In this document: piece after piece, positions 42,550-51,764 of the stretch
Position numbering within the stretch: the stretch's first letter is position 1
How the letters are laid out: each line of letters begins with the position of its first letter
Source of the DNA: an uncultured Verrucomicrobiae bacterium
Lineage (GTDB): Bacteria; Verrucomicrobiota; Verrucomicrobiia; Chthoniobacterales; UBA10450
Assembly: GCA_963735805.1 (NCBI GenBank)
Contig: CAVTMK010000004.1
Span: forward strand, 806,878 to 870,877
Direction of reading: 5' to 3'
Length of the DNA stretch: 64,000 nt
Made by a program: the position numbers and the translations under genes
The notes under the pieces: generated by a model
Seen by the model: the letters and a program-made list of their open reading frames with translations, nothing else
The model's database searches: none
What the model was told of the DNA's origin: nothing

Positions 42550-43232
42550 TTTTTCGCGTAACGGACAGGATCCTTTATTCCCGCTTCGCGAAAGCCTTTA
42601 AGCCGTAAGAGACAGGAATCGCATTCGCCACAGGCGAGGCCTTCTGGTGATGGATTGTAACAACTGTGGGTAAGCGAAAAATCGACATCAAGCTCGACTG
42701 CCTTGCGGATAATTTCGGCCTTCGAAAGTTTGATCAGCGGCGAGTGAATTCGAAAGCGTCTGCCTTCGGCGCCTGCTCTTGTTCCAAGATTGGCGACGTT
42801 CTGAAATGCTTCGATAAACTCCGGACGGCAATCCGGATAGCCACTGTAATCGATGGCGTTTACACCCAGAAAAATGTCGTTGGCCGGAATCACTTCGGCC
42901 CAGGCAAGCGCGTAAGCCAAAAAGATGGTGTTACGCGCGGGGACGTACGTGACTGGAATTCCGTGCGCGATTTCTGCATCCGAACGCTTTTTCGGTACAT
43001 CGATATCATCCGTGAGCGCTGAGCCGCCGAAGATCCGCAGGTCAATATTTGCAACGCGATGTTCCGTTGCGCCTAACGAGTCAGCGACGCGGCTCGCGGC
43101 TGCCGTTTCGATCTGGTGGCGCTGGCCATACTGGAATGAGAGTGCGAATGCCTCGTAGCTTTCCGCAATTGCGATTGCAAGCGTTGTCGCGGAATCAATT
43201 CCGCCACTCAAGAGAACGACTGCCCGTTTCAT
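42546..43232 (-). CDS. queC: 7-cyano-7-deazaguanine synthase
   Basis: SGGIDS, YGQRH, VPARN, YPDCR, SCY..CGECDSC. Confidence 0.97.
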   Translation of the reverse strand: MKRAVVLLSGGIDSATTLAIAIAESYEAFALSFQYGQRHQIETAAASRVADSLGATEHRVANIDLRIFGGSALTDDIDVPKKRSDAEIAHGIPVTYVPARNTIFLAYALAWAEVIPANDIFLGVNAIDYSGYPDCRPEFIEAFQNVANLGTRAGAEGRRFRIHSPLIKLSKAEIIRKAVELDVDFSLTHSCYNPSPEGLACGECDSCLLRLKGFREAGIKDPVRYAKK

Positions 43233-43332
43233 TTATTGTGTCGTTGCAAACGGACGGTTTCGATACAGGCGTGGCGTCGTTCGTCGGCACGCCAAATGCC
43301 AGTCCGACTCGGACCCGTCGCGCCTTGCCACA

Positions 43333-43779
43333 TTATTTGCCGTCCTGAGCAATTTTCTTATTGCCGGCTTGGTCTGGATACTCGACGCGCACTGTGAGCG
43401 CGATTCCGCCGCGCGCTGAGAATTGGGCGTTCACGATCGCTTCGCGCGGCGCGCATGCTTTTACGAAATCCTCTAAAATGCGGTTCGTTACCGCTTCGTT
43501 GAATGCGCGCTCGTTCCGATAGGAAGCAAGATAAAACTTCAACGATTTGCTTTCGACGCAGAGACGGTCCGGCACGTAATCGATATCGATTCTGGCAAAA
43601 TCGGGTTGGCCTGTGATTGGGCAAACCGAAGTGAAATCGTCCGTTTCGAAATGAATCCGGTAATTGCGGCGGGCAGGATTCGGAAAAGTCTCGAGCCGCG
43701 CTTCCGCTGGCGAAGTGGGAATTTTCACTTCGCTTCGTCCGAGCAGAGTCAATCGGGCTGCGTTTTTTGTTTTTGCCAC
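43333..43779 (-). CDS. queF: preQ1 synthase, type I
   Basis: FTSVCPITGQPDFA, VESKSLKFY, RGG; GTG start at 43779. Confidence 0.95.
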   Translation of the reverse strand: MAKTKNAARLTLLGRSEVKIPTSPAEARLETFPNPARRNYRIHFETDDFTSVCPITGQPDFARIDIDYVPDRLCVESKSLKFYLASYRNERAFNEAVTNRILEDFVKACAPREAIVNAQFSARGGIALTVRVEYPDQAGNKKIAQDGK

Positions 43780-43813
43780 GGCGATACCAAGGTTCGCCTG
43801 AAGGCGATTCAGG

Positions 43814-44335
43814 TCAATCGCCGCTGCCTTGTTGGAACGCCCGCAGATCGTGCGCCACGTCTGGATATTTTGCTGCGAGCTCTTCGACGTCACCGATTTC
43901 GACGTCAACTCGTTCGACACCGGGCCATTCGGTGCTCGCGCCGAGGAACCAGCGACGATCTCCGATGACGCGCGCAGTGTGGAAAGTGTTGCCAGGGATC
44001 AAAAGCTGCACGCATTGACCCGCGCGCAGATCCGGACCGACTATGGCGCGCTGGCTTGTTCCGTTTTCGTGGAGCATCAGAATTTCGATCGGATCACCTA
44101 AATAACGGTGATACAGCTGATCGTTGCGGATCCGATGCAAACGTACAGGTGCTTCCGGTGTGACCATGAAATAAAGCGCGGAGCCGGCTGGCCTACCGTC
44201 AACGAACGGCGGCGGGAGCCCACCCGGTGCAATTCGTTGTTTACTGATAAATGTTACACGCACGAATCCGCACGTGGCGTGCGGCTCCAGTTTTAGGAGC
44301 TGTCGAACCTCCTGGGCTGTCAGATCATTGGTCAT
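43814..44335 (-). CDS. Cupin, DUF985 (cupin_5) family
   Basis: LEPH, SALYF, LHRI..DQLYH.YLGDP, QLLIPG, PG. Confidence 0.85.
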   Translation of the reverse strand: MTNDLTAQEVRQLLKLEPHATCGFVRVTFISKQRIAPGGLPPPFVDGRPAGSALYFMVTPEAPVRLHRIRNDQLYHRYLGDPIEILMLHENGTSQRAIVGPDLRAGQCVQLLIPGNTFHTARVIGDRRWFLGASTEWPGVERVDVEIGDVEELAAKYPDVAHDLRAFQQGSGD

Positions 44336-44398
44336 GTGTTTTCTTACGCCTTGAACATCGATTGGCGAGCGCCGAACGTCCAACGCCGAGTCATCCGA

Positions 44399-44767
44399 AT
44401 GGATATAAAACCTCAAACATCCAAAATCAAAGATCGCACCGGCGTCATCGATGTAATCGCGCATGACTCTAAAACAGGCGAGGTAGTTCTCGTCATGAAC
44501 GAGCCTAACGAGTGGAAAGGTTCGGACGAACAATTGCTCGCCTTACAGGAGCGCTTTAACGCTTACGTTTCATTCTTGCTCGACGGAGAATTGGCGGAGG
44601 CGCATCCGGAGCTCGCCGGCAAACCGGCGCGGATTGAGCTACGTTGTGGGCACATCCCCGACCAGAGTGCCATCGACCTGCTCGGCCTGATTCACGATCA
44701 ACTCGCGTTCCAGGAAATAAAGCTGGAGGTCGTCGTAAAGAACGACCCGCCTCCGGCTGCGGCGTGA
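44399..44767 (+). CDS. Hypothetical protein (DUF6572-like)
   Basis: IDVIA...W...LLALQERFNAYVSFLLDG pattern. Confidence 0.6.
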   Translation: MDIKPQTSKIKDRTGVIDVIAHDSKTGEVVLVMNEPNEWKGSDEQLLALQERFNAYVSFLLDGELAEAHPELAGKPARIELRCGHIPDQSAIDLLGLIHDQLAFQEIKLEVVVKNDPPPAAA

Positions 44768-44785
44768 CAGGGCAAATTTGGAATG

Positions 44786-46180
44786 CTACAGCTCGATCGC
44801 GTAACGCTTCAACTTGTTGTAGAGCGTGGGGCGCTGAATGCCGAGAAGTTCCGCCGCCTTCTTTTTGTTGCCGTGGCATTCGGCGAGCGCCTGAACAATG
44901 GCGTTCCGCTCGACGTCGTCGAGGCTCTGCGCGCCTGTTCGCGGTAGCGCCGCGCGCTCGGTTTGTTGCAGCGCCGGCGGCAACTGTATTTCTGCAGGCA
45001 GCTCTTTGATACCGATCAGTCCCTCTCGTGTCAGCACGACGGCGTATTCGATTGCGTTTTGTAATTCGCGAACGTTCCCCGGCCACGAGTAATCCAGCAA
45101 TTTTTGGAATGCATCCGGCGAAATGTCTGGTTCGGTTTTGCCGAGTTGTTGAGCGAACTGTCGTACGAACGCGGCGATCAGTGGTGGGATGTCTTGTTTT
45201 CGTTTCCGAAGCGGCGGCACTTCGATTTGAAACGTGTTCAGCCGGTAGTATAAATCCGAACGCAACCGATTTTCCGACAGCGCTTGGGGAACCGGCCGAT
45301 TGGTCGAGGCGATCGCCCGGAAGTCTGCTTTCATCGTTTGTGTGCTTCCAAGAGGCCGGTACTCGCGTTCTTGCAGTACGCGCAAAAAGCGTGTCTGTAG
45401 CTCCGCGGGCATATCGGATATTTCGTCGAGGAAAAGCGTACCGCCATCGGCTGCCGCTATCATTCCTGGAAAATCTTGCATCGCGCCGGTGAATGCACCT
45501 TTCACGTAGCCGAAAAGCTCTCCTTCAATCATTGTTTGCGGAAACGCCGCACAATTGAGTTTTACCATTGGTTTTCCTGTGCGCCGGCTTCGGGCGTGAA
45601 TAGCGTTAGCGATTACTTCCTTACCCACGCCGCTCTCGCCTACGATCAGTGCATTGGCGTCGGACGGCGCCATCGCATTGATCAACTCCTCGATCTCCTG
45701 CATCGCCTTGCTCTTGAAAATCAGCGTGGGCCGCGCTTCAGCCATTTCCAAACGCCGCTCGAGTTGCTCGGTTTTTTCCCGAAGTTCTTCGGCTTCCCGC
45801 AAGAGGAACTGCTTTTCCAATGCTTTCTCCACAAGGCTGAGTAGCTCTTCGGGCGCGTATGGTTTGCTGATGAAATGGAAAGCGCCTCGTTTAATCGACT
45901 CGATGGCATTGTGCAGCGAGTCATGCGCTGTCAAAATGATGACCTGGGTTTGGGGAACCTCGGCTTTGATCTGGTCGAGTGTCTCCAGTCCGTCCGCGTC
46001 GGGCAATTGGAGATCGAGCAGAACAATTGTCGAGGGTTTGGACTTTAATAACTTGAGTCCTTGCGAGGCCGTGGATGCTGTATCCACCTGATAACCATGT
46101 CGCTTTAGCAACGCCTCGAGCGTCATGAGCACGGGCCGCTCATCGTCGATGATCAGGACGCGATGGCTTCCAGTTTTCAT
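44786..46180 (-). CDS. Sigma-54-dependent response regulator (NtrC/AtoC family)
   Basis: REC domain (IIDDE, LLDL, KP), GESGVGKE, GAFTGA, WPGNVREL, Fis-type HTH. Confidence 0.96.
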   Translation of the reverse strand: MKTGSHRVLIIDDERPVLMTLEALLKRHGYQVDTASTASQGLKLLKSKPSTIVLLDLQLPDADGLETLDQIKAEVPQTQVIILTAHDSLHNAIESIKRGAFHFISKPYAPEELLSLVEKALEKQFLLREAEELREKTEQLERRLEMAEARPTLIFKSKAMQEIEELINAMAPSDANALIVGESGVGKEVIANAIHARSRRTGKPMVKLNCAAFPQTMIEGELFGYVKGAFTGAMQDFPGMIAAADGGTLFLDEISDMPAELQTRFLRVLQEREYRPLGSTQTMKADFRAIASTNRPVPQALSENRLRSDLYYRLNTFQIEVPPLRKRKQDIPPLIAAFVRQFAQQLGKTEPDISPDAFQKLLDYSWPGNVRELQNAIEYAVVLTREGLIGIKELPAEIQLPPALQQTERAALPRTGAQSLDDVERNAIVQALAECHGNKKKAAELLGIQRPTLYNKLKRYAIEL

Positions 46181-46256
46181 GCCTGCAAATTTACGCTGCT
46201 CGTACTATGCACGACCAGTGGATTCCAGTTTGTTAGAAAGTGGGAACGGACGTGAC

Positions 46257-46976
46257 TCAGGCATCTTTGGAGGAGCCACGCGAAACGGGAAGAGTGAGGC
46301 CCGTAGTGAGCACGGAAGTGTTCGAATCATATTGGGCATACATTTTGCCACCGTGAGCCTCTACGATAGTGCGGGCACGATTCAGACCAAGACCGTAATG
46401 GCCCGGGCTAACTTTGCGAAACGGCTCGCGCCCCCAGTTATTGGTGGTCAGATCAAATTGGGCTTTGGGCTCCTCGAGCGTAAATAGGAATCGGTGATTG
46501 TCTATTTTGCCAGTCGCAACGATCGCGCCCTTGTCTCGAGTATGTCGAAAAGCATTGGCGAATAGCTCTGCAAATGCTTCCGGCAAAAGCTGAGGATCGA
46601 CATTCAGCATCGCGTCGCCAGGCTGAATGTTCCAGGTAATTTCGGCGGTTTGCCCGGAGAAATCCTGATCGATTTTCTTGCGCAAATCCTCCATAAAATC
46701 CGCGGCGCGGTAAGCGATTAGATTAGGCTTAACATCGCTAATATCCCTTGAAAGGGTTTGTAAGGTCGAAGTCACACCAGCGATCATTTCGCGCAAGCGC
46801 TTGATTTCGCCTTTTAGCTCGTCATCTCGCCCCAGTTCGCTGAGATAAGCAGACTGCAGTTCGATTGCATTGAGGTGATTGCGCAGATCATGGCTGAGTT
46901 GCCGAATGAAACGAACCACGTCACTCCAGGCAACGTTCGGGACTTCAGTTGGACCTTGGGAAGGCGGCTCCGCCAT
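46257..46976 (-). CDS. Sensorless histidine kinase-like protein / phosphotransferase
   Basis: H-box SHDLRN, N-box ANAFRH, GLGL; no DxGxG G1 box and no sensor or TM segment. Confidence 0.75.
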   Translation of the reverse strand: MAEPPSQGPTEVPNVAWSDVVRFIRQLSHDLRNHLNAIELQSAYLSELGRDDELKGEIKRLREMIAGVTSTLQTLSRDISDVKPNLIAYRAADFMEDLRKKIDQDFSGQTAEITWNIQPGDAMLNVDPQLLPEAFAELFANAFRHTRDKGAIVATGKIDNHRFLFTLEEPKAQFDLTTNNWGREPFRKVSPGHYGLGLNRARTIVEAHGGKMYAQYDSNTSVLTTGLTLPVSRGSSKDA

Positions 46977-46999
46977 ATTCTGGCTAGGTCTCCGTCATT

Positions 47000-48577
47000 C
47001 TAATCGGCGTACGAAAATTGATCGTCGGCAGGTTCGTCACCCTTGGAAACTCGGATATGTGGATCGTTGGTCGCTAAATGTCGTAACACATGAAACACGT
47101 CTTCCGGGTCCGCGTCGATGGAACGCGCAACTTCTTCGGCCGTTTTACCGGCCCCTTCGGTCAGTTTCGCTCGCACTTGTTTTTGAAGCTCCAGTAGTTT
47201 TGTCGCTGCTTTTTTTCCAGCTTCAACACCGGGCTGATCGTAGGCGTTGATGTTAACCAGTGAGCCGTAGAAGCCTACGGCCCGCTCATAAAGTGCGATC
47301 AACGCGCCAATATTAAATGCGTTCGCCTCAGGAATGCTCATGGTGATTGATTCCCGTCCGCTCTCGTAGAGAGCACTTCGCGTCCCGCGCAAGAATCCGT
47401 GAAGGTAGTCGCCACTTGTAACTCCGCCTTCAATTTCAAGCGCTGGGCTGCGCCGGTCTTTGTCCACCTCGATGAAGGTCACGAAAAAATTTAAAACACC
47501 GTCGCGCAATTGTTGCACGTAGGCGTGTTGGTCGGTCGACCCCTTGTTGCCATAAACAGCAATGCCTTGATGCACGATTTTGCCGTCGAGATCCTTTTCT
47601 TTTCCGAGCGATTCCATTACCAGCTGTTGCAGATATTTGGCAAATAATGCCAACCGGTCCTTATATGGAAGGATCACCATATCCTTCTCACCTTTGCCGT
47701 TGCCGGCGTGATACCACATCAGCGCAAGAAGCATCGCGGCATTTTGGGTTACATCCTGTGTGCGAGTGCGCTCATCCATAGCCGCTGCGCCAGCAAGAAA
47801 ATCCTGGATGTCGAAACCCTGTAGCGCCATCGGCAACAGACCTACCGCGCTCATCACTGAAGTGCGTCCACCGATCCAGTCGTGCATCGGGAATCGATCG
47901 AGCCAACTGTTCTTTTCCGCGTACTTGTCCAGATCGCTGCCCACGCCGGTTACAGCCACTGCGTGCTTATTAAATTGCAGCCCTTTTTCTTTGAATCTTG
48001 CCTCCGCTTCGAGCATTCCATTTCGCGTTTCCTTTGTACCCCCAGATTTGGAAACAACCACAACGAGCGTCTGTGATAGATCATCCCCCATCTTGTCAAA
48101 AACGCGATCAAACCCGTCCGGATCGGTGTTATCAAAGAAAAAGATATCCATCGGATCATCTGGTGATCGGAGCGCGTCTGAGACAAATTGAGGTCCGAGC
48201 GCCGAACCGCCGATGCCAATGAGCAACACGTGTTTAAACGGTTTTCCATTTTCAGTCCTGATCTTTCCCGCGTGAATATCGACAGCGAACGCCTTGATAC
48301 GTTTGATCGTCTCTTCGATCTCGTTGCGAATGTCGGGAGTGGGGGCTAGCGCGGGGTTCCGAAGCCAGTAATGTCCAACCATTCGCTTCTCGGTGGGATT
48401 GGCAATTGCCCCAGCCTCCAGCGCTTGCATCGCGGCAAACGCCTTATCGATCTTCGGCCGCATTTTTTCGAGAAAATCATCCGGAAATTTCATCCGACTG
48501 ATGTCGAGAGAAAAATCAAGATCGCGGTAATACAAAAAATACTGCTGAAAACGCTGCCAGAGTGAAGAGGATGACAT
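47000..48577 (-). CDS. pgi: Glucose-6-phosphate isomerase
   Basis: [44 protein letters not shown]. Confidence 0.97.
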   Translation of the reverse strand: MSSSSLWQRFQQYFLYYRDLDFSLDISRMKFPDDFLEKMRPKIDKAFAAMQALEAGAIANPTEKRMVGHYWLRNPALAPTPDIRNEIEETIKRIKAFAVDIHAGKIRTENGKPFKHVLLIGIGGSALGPQFVSDALRSPDDPMDIFFFDNTDPDGFDRVFDKMGDDLSQTLVVVVSKSGGTKETRNGMLEAEARFKEKGLQFNKHAVAVTGVGSDLDKYAEKNSWLDRFPMHDWIGGRTSVMSAVGLLPMALQGFDIQDFLAGAAAMDERTRTQDVTQNAAMLLALMWYHAGNGKGEKDMVILPYKDRLALFAKYLQQLVMESLGKEKDLDGKIVHQGIAVYGNKGSTDQHAYVQQLRDGVLNFFVTFIEVDKDRRSPALEIEGGVTSGDYLHGFLRGTRSALYESGRESITMSIPEANAFNIGALIALYERAVGFYGSLVNINAYDQPGVEAGKKAATKLLELQKQVRAKLTEGAGKTAEEVARSIDADPEDVFHVLRHLATNDPHIRVSKGDEPADDQFSYAD

Positions 48578-48784
48578 TGTGTTAAGGATGCGAAAGTTGC
48601 CGATGTTAAGGACACTTGAGTATCGATTCCCGAGTCTGCAAATCCAAATAAAACGGGACGGGCAATGATGCGGCGGCCGTAGCGGTGTCGATGATCGCTC
48701 CCGAGACATGCTCGGGATTGTAGAACTTCCCTCCTAATGAAATTCCATTGCAGCGGCAGGTCGCCGGAATAGCTTCGCGGCATC

Positions 48785-49978
48785 ATGGCAAGCGCCCGCA
48801 CCTATAAAGGAATGCCACATTTGTTTTCAGGACTGATTGCTAGCGGCCTGGTCGCCACCGTCTTGGTGGCCGGAGGAGTGATAGCGGTTCATCGCGAACA
48901 CGCCACCATTCACGCGACCGCACCCGAGTTGTTTGCGCTCAAAAATCAGGGCCTGGCGTTTCAACGCGCAGCCGCACGTGCACCGAACGTATTGCCACTT
49001 TATGGCAGTTCGGAGCTAACAGCTGTTCCGGTGCCGGAGCGGGCAAACATATTTTTTCGCACCGCGCCAACGGGCTTCCAAGTTTCGCCAGTCGGCGCTG
49101 GAGGCATGCCTCCGTTGATCATCTCGGAAAAGCTTGCCGCACTGGGAGCGGACTTGCGCGGCAAAAAGCTTGCCATCTCACTCTCGCCAGGATTAACGGC
49201 TCACCCTGGCCGGAGGGCATACGAGGGAAATTTTTCGCTAATGGCGGCAAGTGAGACGGTCTTTGGTACCGCCCTCGATTTCAGGCTGAAGCGGCAGATC
49301 GCGTCACACATGTTAGAATCTCCGAGTACGCTGAAGAAAAACCCTTTGCTGGGGTTCGCAGTCCGGAGGCTTGCATCTCACCGATGGCTGGATCACGCTG
49401 TTTTCTGGGCGCTGTGGCCAATTGGAGAATTGCAGAACGCGGTGCTGGAGCTGCAGGACCATTTCGCCGCGCTTGCTCATATTCTGCATAAGATCAAGGC
49501 TGCTCCGCAACAACATCCAGAAACAGTCGATTGGCCAAGGCTCATTGCGAAAGCAAATGCAATCGAAGCCACTGATGAGAGTAAAACTGGGACATCAACG
49601 GGTTCGGATGAACGAATAGCTCAAGGTGCCCGTGACGTGGCATTTCGGACCCGCATGGATGAAGGGCAGGGATGGGTAGAATTCGAATTGCTATTACGCA
49701 CGTTGGCAAACGTTCACGCACGACCGCTCCTGCTGAGTATGCCGATCGCTGGACAATTCTACGATCAGACAGGCATCTCACGATCCGCTCGGGAAAGCTA
49801 CTACAAGAGACTTCGCGCACTCGCACAACGCTATCATTTTTCGTTGATCGAGTTTAAGGGGCATGACGAAGACCCGACTTTTCTATACCGTCATCAAAGT
49901 CACCTTACTGCGAAAGGCTGGATCTTTTACGATCGCGCACTCGATGATTTCTTTCAGGGTCGTGGACCTCGGAGTTGA
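48785..49978 (+). CDS. dltD: DltD-family D-alanyl transfer protein, copy 1
   Basis: N-terminal TM anchor; LPLYGSSEL; VGAGG; ISLSP; HLTAKGW. Confidence 0.85.
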   Translation: MASARTYKGMPHLFSGLIASGLVATVLVAGGVIAVHREHATIHATAPELFALKNQGLAFQRAAARAPNVLPLYGSSELTAVPVPERANIFFRTAPTGFQVSPVGAGGMPPLIISEKLAALGADLRGKKLAISLSPGLTAHPGRRAYEGNFSLMAASETVFGTALDFRLKRQIASHMLESPSTLKKNPLLGFAVRRLASHRWLDHAVFWALWPIGELQNAVLELQDHFAALAHILHKIKAAPQQHPETVDWPRLIAKANAIEATDESKTGTSTGSDERIAQGARDVAFRTRMDEGQGWVEFELLLRTLANVHARPLLLSMPIAGQFYDQTGISRSARESYYKRLRALAQRYHFSLIEFKGHDEDPTFLYRHQSHLTAKGWIFYDRALDDFFQGRGPRS

Positions 49979-50103
49979 CGGAAGCGGTACGGTGGCGGGC
50001 TTGGTGAATACACTCCCCGGATTCGTGTAGGTGGGTGTCCTACATAATCTTCATACTTTAGCTCACATGCGGGGTTTTACCCGCCGGCATAGTCTGCAGG
50101 ATC

Positions 50104-51315
50104 ATGCGTCCCGCTCGAACTGCGACACCGCATTTGTTGTCAGGCTTCATCGCTGTCGGCTTCGCTGCGACGATCTTGTTCGCCGGGCGGATCACAGCGA
50201 TTCACGTTGAGCGCGAGGCTCTGCACACGGTTGCACCGAGCGCATTTGAGCTCAAAAACCAGGGACTTGCCTTTCAACGCGCCGCTGCTCACGCGCGAGA
50301 CGTGCTGCCGATTTACGGTAGTTCGGAGCTGGTTGCGCCTGTTCAGGAGCGGGCGGGCGTTTTTTTTCGTAACGCGCCGACAGGTTTTCAAGCCTCACCC
50401 GTGGGAAAGGCTGGCACGACGCCGCTGATCATGTTGCAAGATCTTGCGGCCCTCGGGCCGGACCTGCATGGAAAAAAGATTGCGATTTCGCTTTCGGCCG
50501 TCTGGTTTCTGGTGCCGGACATCACGACTTACTCTTACGAGAGCAATTTTTCGCTGTTTGCCGCAAGCGCTTTGGTGTTCAGCGATGCGCTCGATTTCGA
50601 GCTGAAGCGGGATATCGCCTCGAGAATGTTGCAGTTTCCGGGGGCGTTGAAGAAAAGTCCGCTACTCGGATTCGCGCTACGACGTTTAGCCGCTGGTGGG
50701 TCACTCGACCGTGTGATTTTCTACGCACTCTGGCCGCTCGGGAAAGTGCAGAATGCCCTAATCGATTTGCAAGATCACCTTGCAGCGCTGAGTTACATTC
50801 TGTATCAGGAAAACTCTCGAGCATCGCTGCATCAACAAACACTCGATTGGCCGAGTCTCCTGGCGAAAGCCAGCGAAACGGCAGACGTCAGCGAGAAACG
50901 AATTTCGTTTCCCGTTACAGACCAGCAAACAGCCGCTCGCCGCAGTGACGCGTGGTTTGTCGATCGCCTTAATCGGTCAAACCACTGGAAAGATTTAGAG
51001 TTGTTGCTTCGCGTGATGACTGAGATTCACGCCCGGCCTCTTTTGCTGAGCATGCCGATGGATGGCCGGTTTTACGATGAGTCCGGCATCTCTCGGCCGG
51101 TCCGCGAATGTTACTACCGAAAAATGCGTGAACTGGTCCAGCAATACCATTTTGCGCTGGCGGAGTTTGAGCAGCACGACGAGGACCCGATTTTTCTTAA
51201 CCGTCGAGCGGCACAAGTCAGACACATCGCGGCGCCTCACCTGACAGCTAAGGGCTGGATGTTTTACGACCGTGTTCTTGACAATTTCTATCATGGGCGT
51301 GTCCCGCGAGGTTGA
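50104..51315 (+). CDS. dltD: DltD-family D-alanyl transfer protein, copy 2
   Basis: N-terminal TM anchor; LPIYGSSEL; VGKAG; ISLSAVWF; HLTAKGW; clear paralogue of copy 1. Confidence 0.85.
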   Translation: MRPARTATPHLLSGFIAVGFAATILFAGRITAIHVEREALHTVAPSAFELKNQGLAFQRAAAHARDVLPIYGSSELVAPVQERAGVFFRNAPTGFQASPVGKAGTTPLIMLQDLAALGPDLHGKKIAISLSAVWFLVPDITTYSYESNFSLFAASALVFSDALDFELKRDIASRMLQFPGALKKSPLLGFALRRLAAGGSLDRVIFYALWPLGKVQNALIDLQDHLAALSYILYQENSRASLHQQTLDWPSLLAKASETADVSEKRISFPVTDQQTAARRSDAWFVDRLNRSNHWKDLELLLRVMTEIHARPLLLSMPMDGRFYDESGISRPVRECYYRKMRELVQQYHFALAEFEQHDEDPIFLNRRAAQVRHIAAPHLTAKGWMFYDRVLDNFYHGRVPRG

Positions 51316-51375
51316 ACAAGTTTTGATGATCTATTCGAGCCGTCCGCAATTTCGAGCCAGCAGGTGTTATTGGAT

Positions 51376-51630
51376 ATGAATGCCTTCGTTCGTGAGAAAG
51401 CGTTACAACTTCTGGAGTCGGTCACGGAGACCGATGAGGTCCGGAACAACCTTGAGCTCCCTCTGTATGAGTGCCAGCTGTTGGACTCGATCAAAACGGT
51501 GGAGCTGATGGTGAGAATCGAGGAGGAATTCGGTCTCAGGATTTCCCCGGCCGAGTTCGAGCGCGAACATTGGGCGACACCGCGTAAGATCATCGCTGAC
51601 CTTGAGAACCGAGCACAGGTAAAGGTGTGA
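51376..51630 (+). CDS. dltC: D-alanyl carrier protein
   Basis: Acidic 84 aa; LLDSIKTVELM phosphopantetheine Ser motif; WATP.KI. Confidence 0.92.
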   Translation: MNAFVREKALQLLESVTETDEVRNNLELPLYECQLLDSIKTVELMVRIEEEFGLRISPAEFEREHWATPRKIIADLENRAQVKV

Positions 51631-51764
51631 GTTGGATCAGGGCACATCCGGCGCTCTGGCGAGCACTGCTGGTTCTGTACTACCTCGCAGTAATTGCGGG
51701 CTTAATCGCGATGTACGGCCGTGGCGACTTTTCCACGCCGCCATTTGTTTATCAGGGATTTTGA
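51627..51764 (+). CDS. dltX: DltX-like 45-aa membrane peptide (not in ORF track)
   Basis: GTG start overlaps the dltC stop (GTGA); MSWIRAHPALWRALLVLYYLAVIAGLIAMYGRGDFSTPPFVYQGF; stop abuts the dltA start. Confidence 0.88.
   Translation: MSWIRAHPALWRALLVLYYLAVIAGLIAMYGRGDFSTPPFVYQGF

Noticed and set aside
43233..43813. preQ1 riboswitch ahead of queF or queC
   Set aside because: No preQ1 hairpin with A-rich tail is visible, and only 34 bp separate the cupin gene from queF
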